From: Myxococcales bacterium
GTDB lineage: Bacteria > Myxococcota_A > UBA9042
Length of the DNA stretch: 64,000 bases
Direction: 5' to 3'
Assembly: GCA_037441385.1 (NCBI GenBank)
Contig: JBBISH010000004.1
Location: 32,001 to 96,000 of the forward strand
Positions 1 through 8,980 of this stretch are shown in pieces. The stretch's first letter is position 1; each line of letters starts with the position of its first letter. The notes beneath the pieces are model-generated. The model saw nothing but the letters and a program-made list of their open reading frames with translations, was not told the DNA's origin and did no database searches. Position numbers and translations under genes: made by a program.

Positions 1-2
1 CG

Positions 3-1013
3 GACAGCGACTGCGAAGGCTCGGCAGCGTGCCGCGGCGAGGGCCTGTGCCGCGCGGATCACGGCCGATGCGAGGTGGGCGGCACTTCGCGCAGCCGCTG
101 CGGCGACGCATGCGACACGTGGGGGCGCTGCGCCGTGGACGCCAAGGGCCTGTGCGTGGTGGGCGCAGACACCTGCCGCTCGTCGTTCCGCTGCAGCGAG
201 TTCGGCGAGTGCGGCCGAGCCCTTCTGCCCGGCGCCGCCAGCCCAACCTGCGCCGCAGAAGACGACGCCGGCTGCCAAGCCAGCAGCTTGTGCGCGCGCA
301 CCGGGGCGTGCAAGGCCGTGGACCACCGCTGCCTGGCGGCGAGCGACGCCTGGTGCGCCCGCTCCAAGGGCTGCCGCGACCAGGGCGCCTGCACGGCGGT
401 CGACGGCACCTGCGTGCCCGCAGGCGAGGACTGCCGCAAACGCAAGGAGTGCCGTGACTTTGGGGCCTGTTCGGCGCTGAATGGGCGCTGCCAGGCGGTG
501 TCGTCGGGCGACTGCGAAGCGAGTCGCGTCTGCCGCGAGCAGGCCCGCTGCACCGCCCGCGATGGCGTGTGCCAAGTGTTCCGCGACACCGACTGCCGCA
601 GTCACGCCGCCTGCCGCCGCGACGGCTGGTGCAGTGCCCGCGAAGGCAAGTGCACGGCTGCGAATCGCGACGACTGCCTGGGCAGCCAGGTGTGTCGCGA
701 ACAGGGGCGTTGCACCGCCAAAGACGGCCGCTGCGTGGTAGAGACGCGCCAAGACTGCCTGCAGAGCCTGGCATGCGCGATCGAGGGCCGCTGCCGGCCG
801 GTGAGCGCCCTGGCCGAAGAGCTGGCGGGCTGGCGGCCGGTCGGCTTGGCGGGCGACGCGAGCGAGACCACCTGCGGGGTGCGCGCCAACAGCGACTGCC
901 GACGTTCGCAAGCCTGCAGCGAGGGCCGGCGCTGCTACGCCCGCCGAGGCGAGTGCGTGACGCGGCAAGAGCTGCAAGACCATGGGCAAAGTCCCGGTGC
1001 CGCGCTACCATAG
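3..1013 (+). CDS. Cys-rich tandem-repeat protein (5'-truncated by window edge)
   Basis: Frame is open from position 3 (DSDCEGSAACRGEGLC...) to TAG 1013. About 11 units of ~26-27 aa, mostly C-x5-C-x5-C-x6-C. Confidence 0.8.
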   Translation, partial: DSDCEGSAACRGEGLCRADHGRCEVGGTSRSRCGDACDTWGRCAVDAKGLCVVGADTCRSSFRCSEFGECGRALLPGAASPTCAAEDDAGCQASSLCARTGACKAVDHRCLAASDAWCARSKGCRDQGACTAVDGTCVPAGEDCRKRKECRDFGACSALNGRCQAVSSGDCEASRVCREQARCTARDGVCQVFRDTDCRSHAACRRDGWCSAREGKCTAANRDDCLGSQVCREQGRCTAKDGRCVVETRQDCLQSLACAIEGRCRPVSALAEELAGWRPVGLAGDASETTCGVRANSDCRRSQACSEGRRCYARRGECVTRQELQDHGQSPGAALP

Positions 1014-1047
1014 GGCCCAGACGGCGAGCCGCGAACCCGGAGGCAGT

Positions 1048-1440
1048 ATGGAGATCCAAGGAGCAGGCGGAACCCCTGGCGGAATCGGCCATTTCGTGGT
1101 GGGCAGCGGACTGGCGGCGGGTGGCCTGTACTTGCTGTTTTCGCGGGTGGTCGTCTCGGCCGGCATGTGGCACGGCTACTTTGGCGCCCACTACGGCGCG
1201 GGCGGCTCGATTGGCACGGTCACGGTGCCGTTCATCGCTGGCGTGGGCCTGTTGTTCTTTGACGCCCGGTCGCGGCTCGGCTGGCTGATGCTGGCGGGCA
1301 GTCTGGTGCTGCTGGCGGTCGAGGTGATCACCAGCCTGCAAATCCACTTCATGCCCACCACGCTGCCGACTCTGCTGGTGATGCTGGGACTGATCGGGGG
1401 CGGGCTGGGGATGATTGCTCGCTCGTTCCGGGCGTCCTAA
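1048..1440 (+). CDS. Small multi-pass membrane protein (hypothetical)
   Basis: GGAGG RBS before ATG 1048; about 4 hydrophobic segments; N-terminal GAGGTPGG motif. Confidence 0.75.
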   Translation: MEIQGAGGTPGGIGHFVVGSGLAAGGLYLLFSRVVVSAGMWHGYFGAHYGAGGSIGTVTVPFIAGVGLLFFDARSRLGWLMLAGSLVLLAVEVITSLQIHFMPTTLPTLLVMLGLIGGGLGMIARSFRAS

Positions 1441-1459
1441 CGTGTCCCTAGAGGACGCC

Positions 1460-2251
1460 ATGACAAAAACGCCGACCATTTTGCTGGTGGGTGGGCTCGA
1501 TCCCGGCGGACAGGCCGGGCTTGCCGCAGATCTGGAAGTGTGCGCCCTGCGCGGCGCCCTGGGCCGGCCGGTGATCGCCGCCCGCACGGCCCAGACGGAC
1601 GGCCGCTGGCTGGGTGCCTGGCCCACCATGCCCGACGAGTTCCAACTGACCCTGACGGCTGCGCTGGCCGACGACCGCCCGCGGGTGGCCAAGACCGGCA
1701 TGCTCGCCACGCTGGAAAATGCCCGGCATTTGGCGCACGTGGCCCGCGAACGCGGCCTGGCGCTGGTGGTGGACCCGCTGCTGCGCACCACCTCGGGTGG
1801 CTGGGTGTGGCGCGAGCCGGATGGCGGGGAACTGGCTCAAACGGCGGTCCGCGCGCTGTTTTTGCGCGAACTGCTGCCCAACTGTGCGGTGGTGACGCCC
1901 AACTGGCCCGAGTTGGCCTGGCTGGTTGGCGCGGCGGAAGCGACCAGCCTAGAGGGGGCACTGCAGCAGGCCCACCAGTTGCCGTGTCCGGTGCTGCTGA
2001 AGGGCGGCCACGCCCCCAAGCCCTGGCTGGGTCAAGACGTTTTGGTCATGAAAGGCCAAGTGCTGCCCCTGCCGTCCAAGTTGGGCTGGCCACCGCGACC
2101 CGATGGAACGCCCAGCCATCTGCGCGGGACGGGCTGCCGACTCGCGACCGCCTTGGCGATCGAACTGGCCAAGGGGACGCCACTGCTCCCGGCCGCCGCC
2201 CATGCCAGCGAGTGGTTGGACCAGTGGGCGCTGGCGCGACTTTTGCCGTAG
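1460..2251 (+). CDS. thiD: Hydroxymethylpyrimidine/phosphomethylpyrimidine kinase (ThiD-like, ribokinase fold)
   Basis: GLDPGGQAGLAADL, KTGML, VVDP, VTPNWPE, LLKGGH and RGTGCRLATA motifs; GAGGA RBS before ATG 1460. Confidence 0.85.
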   Translation: MTKTPTILLVGGLDPGGQAGLAADLEVCALRGALGRPVIAARTAQTDGRWLGAWPTMPDEFQLTLTAALADDRPRVAKTGMLATLENARHLAHVARERGLALVVDPLLRTTSGGWVWREPDGGELAQTAVRALFLRELLPNCAVVTPNWPELAWLVGAAEATSLEGALQQAHQLPCPVLLKGGHAPKPWLGQDVLVMKGQVLPLPSKLGWPPRPDGTPSHLRGTGCRLATALAIELAKGTPLLPAAAHASEWLDQWALARLLP

Positions 2252-2279
2252 CAACTGCGACCCAAACCCACGAGTGGCC

Positions 2280-2330
2280 AAAAAGCGCCGCGCCCGCCGC
2301 AACCGACCAAAGTCGCGCTGCGACGGGCGC
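2280..2330 (-). terminator. Putative intrinsic terminator between convergent thiD and ferredoxin
   Basis: Stem GCGCCCGCCGCA (2290-2301) / TGCGACGGGCGC (2319-2330), with an A-run at 2280-2284 (U-tract on the minus strand). Confidence 0.4.
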
Positions 2331-2355
2331 TGGCCCATTCATCCGCGAGCAGAGC

Positions 2356-2706
2356 CTACGGCTTGTAGTTCCACTTGGCGAAGTTGGCAGCGATCTGCTC
2401 GGCCGTGGGCGAGTGATCCTTGACCACCTTGGCGACATGGAAGTCGTCGATCGAGTCGGTGATCGCGCGGTTCTTCTCGACGTCGGCGGCGAACACGGCC
2501 GGCACTTGATCCTCTTCGAACACGGCCTTCCACGGGCAGGCGGGCTCGCAGTTGGTGCAATCGATGCATTCGTCGGGGTTGATGTACAGCTGGTTGGCGT
2601 AGCCACTGGCGCCGTCGTTGACTTCGTAGATGCACTCGACGGGGCAGACGTCGGCGCAGGCGGTGTCCTTGCAGTCGATGCACAAACTGGTAATCACATA
2701 GGGCAT
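2356..2706 (-). CDS. fdxA: Dicluster (7Fe/8Fe) ferredoxin, FdxA-type
   Basis: CIDCKDTACADVCPVECI and INPDECIDCTNCEPACP motifs. Confidence 0.9.
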   Translation of the reverse strand: MPYVITSLCIDCKDTACADVCPVECIYEVNDGASGYANQLYINPDECIDCTNCEPACPWKAVFEEDQVPAVFAADVEKNRAITDSIDDFHVAKVVKDHSPTAEQIAANFAKWNYKP

Positions 2707-2835
2707 TTGGATCCTCCGGGCTTGACTTTGGGCGCCTGCGTCGAGGCGCTACAGCAGCGCCATCATGGCGCGAAGGGACGCGATTGTCGAGATCGGTGGC
2801 CGTGATATCGCAACGACGTGACGCGATCCGCTGCG

Positions 2836-5211
2836 CTACTTCAAGAAGTCCTCGATAGCGCGGACGGTCTCGTCGGGTTGCTCGGCCAAGGGCATGGCGC
2901 CGCTGGCTTCTAGCTTGACCAGCTTCATCTGCTTGCGCACGTTGCCCGTCAGCGCCTGAATGGCTGCCGCGCTGGATTCAGCCCAGGGCGCCTTCTGCCC
3001 GGCCAGAACCAGCATCGGTATTTGCGCGCCGCCCAAATTCCAGGTGGCGGCGTCGGCAATGGCGCGGTCGTGCGCCTCGACCGAGAACCCGTCGTAGAAG
3101 TAGCTGGGCTGCGGCAAGTTGCGCGCGATTTCGGGGTTGGCGAGCAGTGTGCCGTACATGGCGCGGCTCAGCTGCCGCAGCGCCAAGTCGGGAACCAGCA
3201 GGCCTTTTTGCTCCAGCGCCCAGGCCATGTCCTCTTTCCACGGGGCCTGCATAGCCGCGGAGACCTGGCCCGGCAGCGCCCGCACCGCCGCTTGGGTGGG
3301 CCAGAAGCCGCCATGCAGCAGCACCGCCGCGATCGCCTTGGGGTGCTCGTTGGCGTAGCGCAGGGCAAAGTGGCTGGCTGTGGGGTCCGCCAGCAGCGCG
3401 ATCTGCGCCTTGCCCAGCTCTTGCTGCAGCTTGGTCAGTTCTTGCGCCAACACTTGCTCGGACAGCGTCGCCGCCGTGTGGGCGCTGATGCCGCGCAACG
3501 GCACGACAACATGGTAGCTTTTGGCCAGGCGCCACACCTGCGGCACCAAGTGCGAGGCGTCGCGCAGCGGCCCGGCCGCCAACACCACGATCGTCTTGTC
3601 GTCTGGGCTGCCGGCTTCCAGCCAGCCCATCTCGCGGCCGTCTACCGAAAAGCGGTGGCCGCTGGGCTGAACCTTCTCAAAGTCTTCGGGCTTGCGGTCG
3701 GCGTCCGCCGCCAGCCAAGCCAGCCACTCGGTTTCGCGCCGCGGCCCGCTGTGGAACGTCAACCGGCGCAAGCTCGCCAGGGCGGCGCGGAACACGGCGT
3801 CGTTGGGGTCGGCCAACTGCCGCGCCAGCACCGGCACGGCGGACACGTCGTCGACGCGGCCGATGAGCCGAATGACCTCCAGCCGCTCGTCCAACTCGTT
3901 GACCGTGATCAACTTGCGCAGATAATCCAACGCTTTGGGGTCGCCCAGGCCCACCATGGCGTGCAGCGCCTGCAGCCGCAGCCCCACGTCGGGGTCGCGC
4001 GCCGCCACGTTGCGCAGAGCCGGCCACGTCTCTGGATCGGCCAGGCGCCACAGGTGCTTCAGGGCCAACTTGCGCACAGAAGTGTCCTTGTCCGCGACCA
4101 TTTCAAGGAGTAGCTTGCGCACATCCTCGTCGTAGAGCGTCAACGCCAGCAACAAACCCTGCTCCAGCTCTGGGAATTTGCGCTCGCGCACCATCCGCAG
4201 CACTTCGGCGCGCACTTCGGGCACGGCCAAGTGGGCCAGCATGTCGACCACCAGACCGCGGGTCGTCTCGTCCTTGGAATTCACCAGCAGCGGCACCAGC
4301 TCCGGCGCGGCGGCCAAGCGCAAGTGCGACAGCACGATCAACGCCGTCTCGATGCGGCTGCGCTCCGCCGTCTGCAGCAGATAGATGGCGGCCTTGATCG
4401 CCGGCGCGCCCACAGTCTGCAGCCCTTCCAAGGCCGCTTCGCGCTGATCGGGTAGTTCCAGCGCCTCGAACAGGGGGGCCACTGGAGCGTCGTGGTCAGC
4501 GCCGATCTGGGCGATCGCATGGATGATTTTGGCGCGAAGACCCAGATTCTCGGGCGAGGCCTGCAGCCGCTCTTGGCCCAGCCGGCGCACCAGGGGCGCC
4601 ATCGCCGGCTCCCAGCGCTTGGCCACCAAGGTGTCGATCGCGTAGCTGCGCACACCTGGGCGCTGATCGTCGATGAGCGCGACCAGCCGCGGCATCGCGG
4701 CCGGGCGGTCGCGGGTCACCAGCTCGGGCAAGATGAGCAGCAGGATCTGCTCGTCGTTTCTTGGCAAAAGCGCTTCCAGCAGCGCGGTCTGGCGATCGTC
4801 TTTGGGGAAGCGCAGCACCTGCCGACACAGACGCAGTGCCGGGCCGTCGGCCAGTTTGGGACCCCACACCAAGATTTCGTCCAAGGCGAGCGGGCCAAAA
4901 CCAAGGAGCAAGTCGACGACCACATCGGCGCCGCCGTCGATGTTCGCCAGATTGGGCAGGGCCGCCTTGACCTCGGGCCACGCCGACTCACCGAATTCCA
5001 GCAGTTCGTCTACGGCGGCGTCGCGGTCCTTGCCGGGCGCCGAAGTGCTGATCTGCTTGAGCGCCGAGGCCGGCGTAGCGCCCTTTTGCCTCTTGGCGTA
5101 AGCGGTGGCCGCCAGGCTGAGGGGCCCCGGCAGCAAGCCGTCCACGGCCAGGACCGTGCCGGCCAGCGACGCAAACGTGGCCCATTTCAAAAGGGTGTGG
5201 TTCAAGTGCAT
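2836..5211 (-). CDS. Exported HEAT-repeat protein fused to a C-terminal alpha/beta-hydrolase-fold domain
   Basis: N-terminal hydrophobic signal; HEAT-like repeats (DKDTSVRKLALKHL, DPDVGLRLQALHAM, DPNDAVFRAALASL); C-terminal hydrolase-like segments (IPMLVLAGQK, LEASGAMPLAEQPD). Start uncertain (5259 or 5211). Confidence 0.75.
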   Translation of the reverse strand: MHLNHTLLKWATFASLAGTVLAVDGLLPGPLSLAATAYAKRQKGATPASALKQISTSAPGKDRDAAVDELLEFGESAWPEVKAALPNLANIDGGADVVVDLLLGFGPLALDEILVWGPKLADGPALRLCRQVLRFPKDDRQTALLEALLPRNDEQILLLILPELVTRDRPAAMPRLVALIDDQRPGVRSYAIDTLVAKRWEPAMAPLVRRLGQERLQASPENLGLRAKIIHAIAQIGADHDAPVAPLFEALELPDQREAALEGLQTVGAPAIKAAIYLLQTAERSRIETALIVLSHLRLAAAPELVPLLVNSKDETTRGLVVDMLAHLAVPEVRAEVLRMVRERKFPELEQGLLLALTLYDEDVRKLLLEMVADKDTSVRKLALKHLWRLADPETWPALRNVAARDPDVGLRLQALHAMVGLGDPKALDYLRKLITVNELDERLEVIRLIGRVDDVSAVPVLARQLADPNDAVFRAALASLRRLTFHSGPRRETEWLAWLAADADRKPEDFEKVQPSGHRFSVDGREMGWLEAGSPDDKTIVVLAAGPLRDASHLVPQVWRLAKSYHVVVPLRGISAHTAATLSEQVLAQELTKLQQELGKAQIALLADPTASHFALRYANEHPKAIAAVLLHGGFWPTQAAVRALPGQVSAAMQAPWKEDMAWALEQKGLLVPDLALRQLSRAMYGTLLANPEIARNLPQPSYFYDGFSVEAHDRAIADAATWNLGGAQIPMLVLAGQKAPWAESSAAAIQALTGNVRKQMKLVKLEASGAMPLAEQPDETVRAIEDFLK

Positions 5212-5306
5212 CCCCGTCCGACCGTCCGGCCGCATCGGCGCGGCCACCCTGCCCGCCATCCTAGCCTACCGACGCGCCGGGCACCATCCCAGGCGTTCAC
5301 CGGCGA

Positions 5307-5945
5307 TCACACCGCAGATTCGCGAGCAATTCTCCGGTCGTCGCGGGCCAGCCGGTAGCGCAGCACGTCTTCGCGCGACAGCACCCACAGCTTGCCATGC
5401 TGCTCGCCGCGAATTCGACCAGTTTTTACAGCATTGATCACGGCTTGGCGGGTAATGCTCAGCATCTCCATCGCTTCGCCCACCGTGACGATCGCCTCCG
5501 TGGTCAAGCCAGCACCCTGGCTCGGCCGTGACACCACCGAGGCACCGCCGCGCAGACCAGCAGGCAACGCCGTAAATTCGCTGGCACTTGCTTCGATCAC
5601 GCCCTCTGCCACTCCTGCCCGGTAGACCAGATCGCGGGCCGCCCGCAGGGCCGGCAGGTCGTCGCTGCTGGGCGCCAGCGGACTGCGCCCTTCGTACAGC
5701 GGTCCGTCGGGCCGCAACACCCGCGCCAGCAGCTCGGCGTAGCCCTGCCCTTGCGCCAGGCGCAAAGCCAAGTCGTTCAGGTAGTTGCGCGCCAGGTCCG
5801 ACGCTGGACGGAGGTCCACCGCTATCCCCGACATCAGTCGATAGGTATCAAGCAGATCGAGGTTGTTGTCCTTCACCCAATGCCTCTCTGGACCCGCAAG
5901 CCCTTGGACGCGCAACGCGTCTCTAGCTTGGGATCTAAACCCCAC
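5307..5945 (-). CDS. Excisionase-family (HTH_17-like) DNA-binding domain protein
   Basis: C-terminal VTVGEAMEMLSITRQAVINAVKTGRIRGEQHGKLWVLSREDV is a typical winged HTH; N-terminal part unrecognised. Confidence 0.75.
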   Translation of the reverse strand: MGFRSQARDALRVQGLAGPERHWVKDNNLDLLDTYRLMSGIAVDLRPASDLARNYLNDLALRLAQGQGYAELLARVLRPDGPLYEGRSPLAPSSDDLPALRAARDLVYRAGVAEGVIEASASEFTALPAGLRGGASVVSRPSQGAGLTTEAIVTVGEAMEMLSITRQAVINAVKTGRIRGEQHGKLWVLSREDVLRYRLARDDRRIARESAV

Positions 5946-5961
5946 TTGACGCTTGTCAAGT
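5944..5961. promoter_or_regulatory. Palindromic operator-like site ACTTGAC-N4-GTCAAGT
   Basis: Perfect 7-bp inverted repeat at the start of the HTH gene, in an AT-rich divergent intergenic region; contains TTGACA on the minus strand. Confidence 0.5.
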
Positions 5962-6086
5962 CAATTCGTGGGTTACGAGTAATCATTTGTCATTCCCCAC
6001 CGTTGCCGGCCGCTCCCCTTGGCAGGCGACCGCTGCCGGCGCTACCCTGCCTGCCCCATCCGCATGCCGCGGCCCAGGTTCCGCTG

Positions 6087-7850
6087 ATGAGCAACCCAAG
6101 CGTTCCCAATGCCGTTTCTCAGCAACCCGACGCCATTTCGCAGGGCCGCGCCGACCTGGTCGCGTGGCGCCAAGCCGACGACGGCAACTGGTATGGCGGC
6201 AATGCTGCGTTGGGGGCGATGGTCGCGCACTTTGCGCCGCAGACCGGGCCGGCGACGCACCAACACCTGGAGCAAGTGGGCCGGCAGGTGGGCGCCAGCG
6301 AGGGGCTGGTTCACCGCTGCAGCCACGACCCATACCTGCCGGTGCTGGACCGCTTTGACTACCTGGGCCGCCGCCAAGAGCGGGTACGCTTTGACGCCAG
6401 CTACCACGAGTGGGGAAAGATCGTCTACGGATCTGGGGTGATGGGGCTCACTGGCCAGCACGGGCGCGCCGTAGAGCAGGCGACGCTGATGATGCTGGCG
6501 GCCCACCACGGCGAAGCCGGCCACACCTGCCCCCTGGCCTGCACCGCGGGCATGATCAAGGCGATTCAGCGCTGCGGCCACCCCGCCCTGAAGAAGGCTC
6601 TGCTGCCCGGACTGCTGAACCCCGACTACGACAAGCGCTTACACGGCGCGCAGTTCCTGACCGAGGTCCAAGGCGGCTCGGACGTGGGCGCCAACGCCAC
6701 CCGCGCCAATCTGATCGGGGAAGAGACGCCGGAGAGCCCGGCCCTGTGGGCCCTGACCGGCGAAAAATGGTTCTGCTCGGTCATCGATGCGCCGCTCTAT
6801 GTGCTGACGGCCCGCCCCGACGGCGCCGCGCAGGGCACCAAGGGACTTGGCCTGTTCCTGGTGCCCCACGATCGGCCGACCGGGCGCGAGGTGGGCCAAC
6901 AGCCTATGTCACATACACTTTTTCAGGTGCCGCGCGAGCCCAACCACCTGACCATCCGCCGCCTGAAACACAAGCTGGGCACGCGCGCCATGGCCTCGGG
7001 CGAGGTGGACTGGCAGGGCGCGTTGGGGTGGCAGTTGGGGCCGTTGGAACTCGGCTTTCACCACGTCGTCGACATCGTGCTCAACACGTCGCGGCTGTGG
7101 AACGCTATGGCCTGCTGCGGGATGTTGTGGCGCAGCTACCGCGAAGCCTCTGGTTTTGCGCGCTTCCGCCGCGCCTTTGGCCAGCCGATCGGCCGTTTTG
7201 CCAACACCGACGCGCTGGTCGCGCAAGTCTTTGCCGAGGCCTGTGCCGCGACCGCCAGCACCCTGGATCTGGTCGCCGTCGACGAGGCCGGCAGCGCGCC
7301 CGAGGCCGTGCGCCTGGGCCTGAACATGAACAAGTACTGGACCAGCGTGCGCACCACGCAAATGATCCGCAACGCCATGGAGGTCATCGGCGGCAACGCG
7401 GCCATCGAGGATTTTACCCCGCTCGGTCGCCTGTACCGCGATGCGCTGGTCACCGAGTCGTGGGAGGGGGCCCACAACGTGCTGATCGCCCAGTGCTGGC
7501 GCGACATGCAGCGCCTGGGCCTGCACAAGGCCTGGTTCGACTGGCTGCTGGGGCGGCTGAACGCGCTGCCGGCCGGGACCGCGCGCGACCTGCTGGCTGG
7601 GCGGCTCCGCGACTTGCAGGCCGACGCCCAGGCTCTGGTGGCCTCGCAGGACCCGGCCGATGCGCGCCAAGCGAGAGCTTTTGTAGAGAACGCGATGGTC
7701 GCCCACCAGGGCCTGTGTCTGGTCGAACTGGCCGAGCGGGCGCCGGCGGCCATCAACCCTGCGGTCGCCCTGCACTTCTTGGAGCTGCACCCGCAGCGGC
7801 GGCCGTCGGCAAGCATGGGCTGGTGGCCCGAGCGCGATCAACTTCGCTAG
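6087..7850 (+). CDS. Acyl-CoA dehydrogenase family protein (AidB-like)
   Basis: CPLACT, QFLTEVQGGSDVGAN, GEKWFCS, RLKHKLGTRAMASGEV and WEGAHNV motifs. Confidence 0.9.
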   Translation: MSNPSVPNAVSQQPDAISQGRADLVAWRQADDGNWYGGNAALGAMVAHFAPQTGPATHQHLEQVGRQVGASEGLVHRCSHDPYLPVLDRFDYLGRRQERVRFDASYHEWGKIVYGSGVMGLTGQHGRAVEQATLMMLAAHHGEAGHTCPLACTAGMIKAIQRCGHPALKKALLPGLLNPDYDKRLHGAQFLTEVQGGSDVGANATRANLIGEETPESPALWALTGEKWFCSVIDAPLYVLTARPDGAAQGTKGLGLFLVPHDRPTGREVGQQPMSHTLFQVPREPNHLTIRRLKHKLGTRAMASGEVDWQGALGWQLGPLELGFHHVVDIVLNTSRLWNAMACCGMLWRSYREASGFARFRRAFGQPIGRFANTDALVAQVFAEACAATASTLDLVAVDEAGSAPEAVRLGLNMNKYWTSVRTTQMIRNAMEVIGGNAAIEDFTPLGRLYRDALVTESWEGAHNVLIAQCWRDMQRLGLHKAWFDWLLGRLNALPAGTARDLLAGRLRDLQADAQALVASQDPADARQARAFVENAMVAHQGLCLVELAERAPAAINPAVALHFLELHPQRRPSASMGWWPERDQLR

Positions 7851-8058
7851 TTAATTCAGTCTGCTCAGTACTGTAGTCACGCGCCAGTCACCGTGGCAGC
7901 GGGCCGTCACATTTTCGGTTGCCGGGCCGCAGCGCCCTCGCTACTATCGGCGCATAGGGTTCAACGCGACCGGCCCAAATGGCCCACGCTGAGCCCAGCG
8001 GCGCCAACTCAGTGCGCCGCGCCAATCGCGGCTTGACTTCGCCGCAAGGAGGCAAGGC

Positions 8059-8271
8059 ATGGAACATGTTCCGGTCAATCAGGACGAGCGGTTCGAGCTG
8101 CTCGAGCAATTGAACGTTGAACACGCGGCCCTGGAGCGCCGCCTGCACGAGCTCGACGGCTACCACTCGCTGACCCACGAAGAAGAGCTCGAGCGCGCTC
8201 AGGTCAAGAAGCTCAAGCTCCAAAAGAAAGACAAAATCGACTACTTGACGCGCATCACCCTGCCGTCGTAG
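8059..8271 (+). CDS. DUF465/YdcH-like small coiled-coil protein
   Basis: EHAALERRLHEL...KKLKLQKKDKI; AGGAGG RBS upstream. Confidence 0.8.
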   Translation: MEHVPVNQDERFELLEQLNVEHAALERRLHELDGYHSLTHEEELERAQVKKLKLQKKDKIDYLTRITLPS

Positions 8272-8291
8272 CTCGATTCCAACATTCGCGC

Positions 8292-8370
8292 AACGCGAAC
8301 TCGCCGGACTGGCCGCGGCCCATCGCCGCACCCTTCGCTCTGCCAGTTGCGAGTTCGCGTTTGCATTTTT
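8292..8370 (+). terminator. Long hairpin / putative terminator downstream of the DUF465 gene
   Basis: AACGCGAACTCGC (8292-8304) pairs with GCGAGTTCGCGTT (8349-8361), with inner ACTGGC/GCCAGT, followed by TGCATTTTT. Confidence 0.5.
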
Positions 8371-8486
8371 CGCCCGCAGGCAAGGGATCTGGGCGACGAG
8401 GCTGTGGCAGGACCGGCCCACGCCGCCCTGGCGCCCCTGCCCAAAACGCTTAACCTATAGGCGGGCGGCAAAGCGGAGGCGCAATC

Positions 8487-8945
8487 ATGGATCTGAAACA
8501 CATCCTGGTCCCTGTGGATTTTTCGGAACCCAGCAGGCAGGCGGTGCAATGGGCGTGCGAGCTGGCCCGGCGCTATGGCGCGGACTTGACGCTCCTCAAT
8601 GTTTACCCAGTGCCCGGCTACGTGCTGCCCGACGGCTTTGTGACCGCCGGCCCCGAGATCCTGGGCGAGGTAGAGGCCAAGACGCGCGATTCGCTGCAAG
8701 AGTGGGCGCAACTGTGCGCGGGCGAAGGTGCTCCTCGGACGGAAATCGCCACCGCGCTAGGCCAGTCGTCCAGCGAGATCGTGCGCTGGGCGGCGGAACA
8801 CAAGGCCGACCTGATCGTCATGGGCGCCCACGGACGTTCGGGCCTGGCGCTGCTGCTGCTTGGCTCGACGACCGACAAGGTGGTGCGGCAAGCGCACTGC
8901 CCGGTGCTGGTGGTGCCGCCTGCGCCGCGTGCCGTCGCTAAGTAA
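8487..8945 (+). CDS. uspA: Universal stress protein (UspA family)
   Basis: ILVPVDFSEPS, ADLIVMGAHGRSGL, LLGSTTDKVVRQAHCPVLVV. Confidence 0.92.
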   Translation: MDLKHILVPVDFSEPSRQAVQWACELARRYGADLTLLNVYPVPGYVLPDGFVTAGPEILGEVEAKTRDSLQEWAQLCAGEGAPRTEIATALGQSSSEIVRWAAEHKADLIVMGAHGRSGLALLLLGSTTDKVVRQAHCPVLVVPPAPRAVAK

Positions 8946-8980
8946 GTCCAATTGTAGCGAAGTCCGCCCCGACTACCGCC

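Noticed and set aside
5307..5945. Prophage or integrative element marked by the excisionase-like gene
   Set aside because: No integrase, att-like repeats, tRNA or phage genes nearby.
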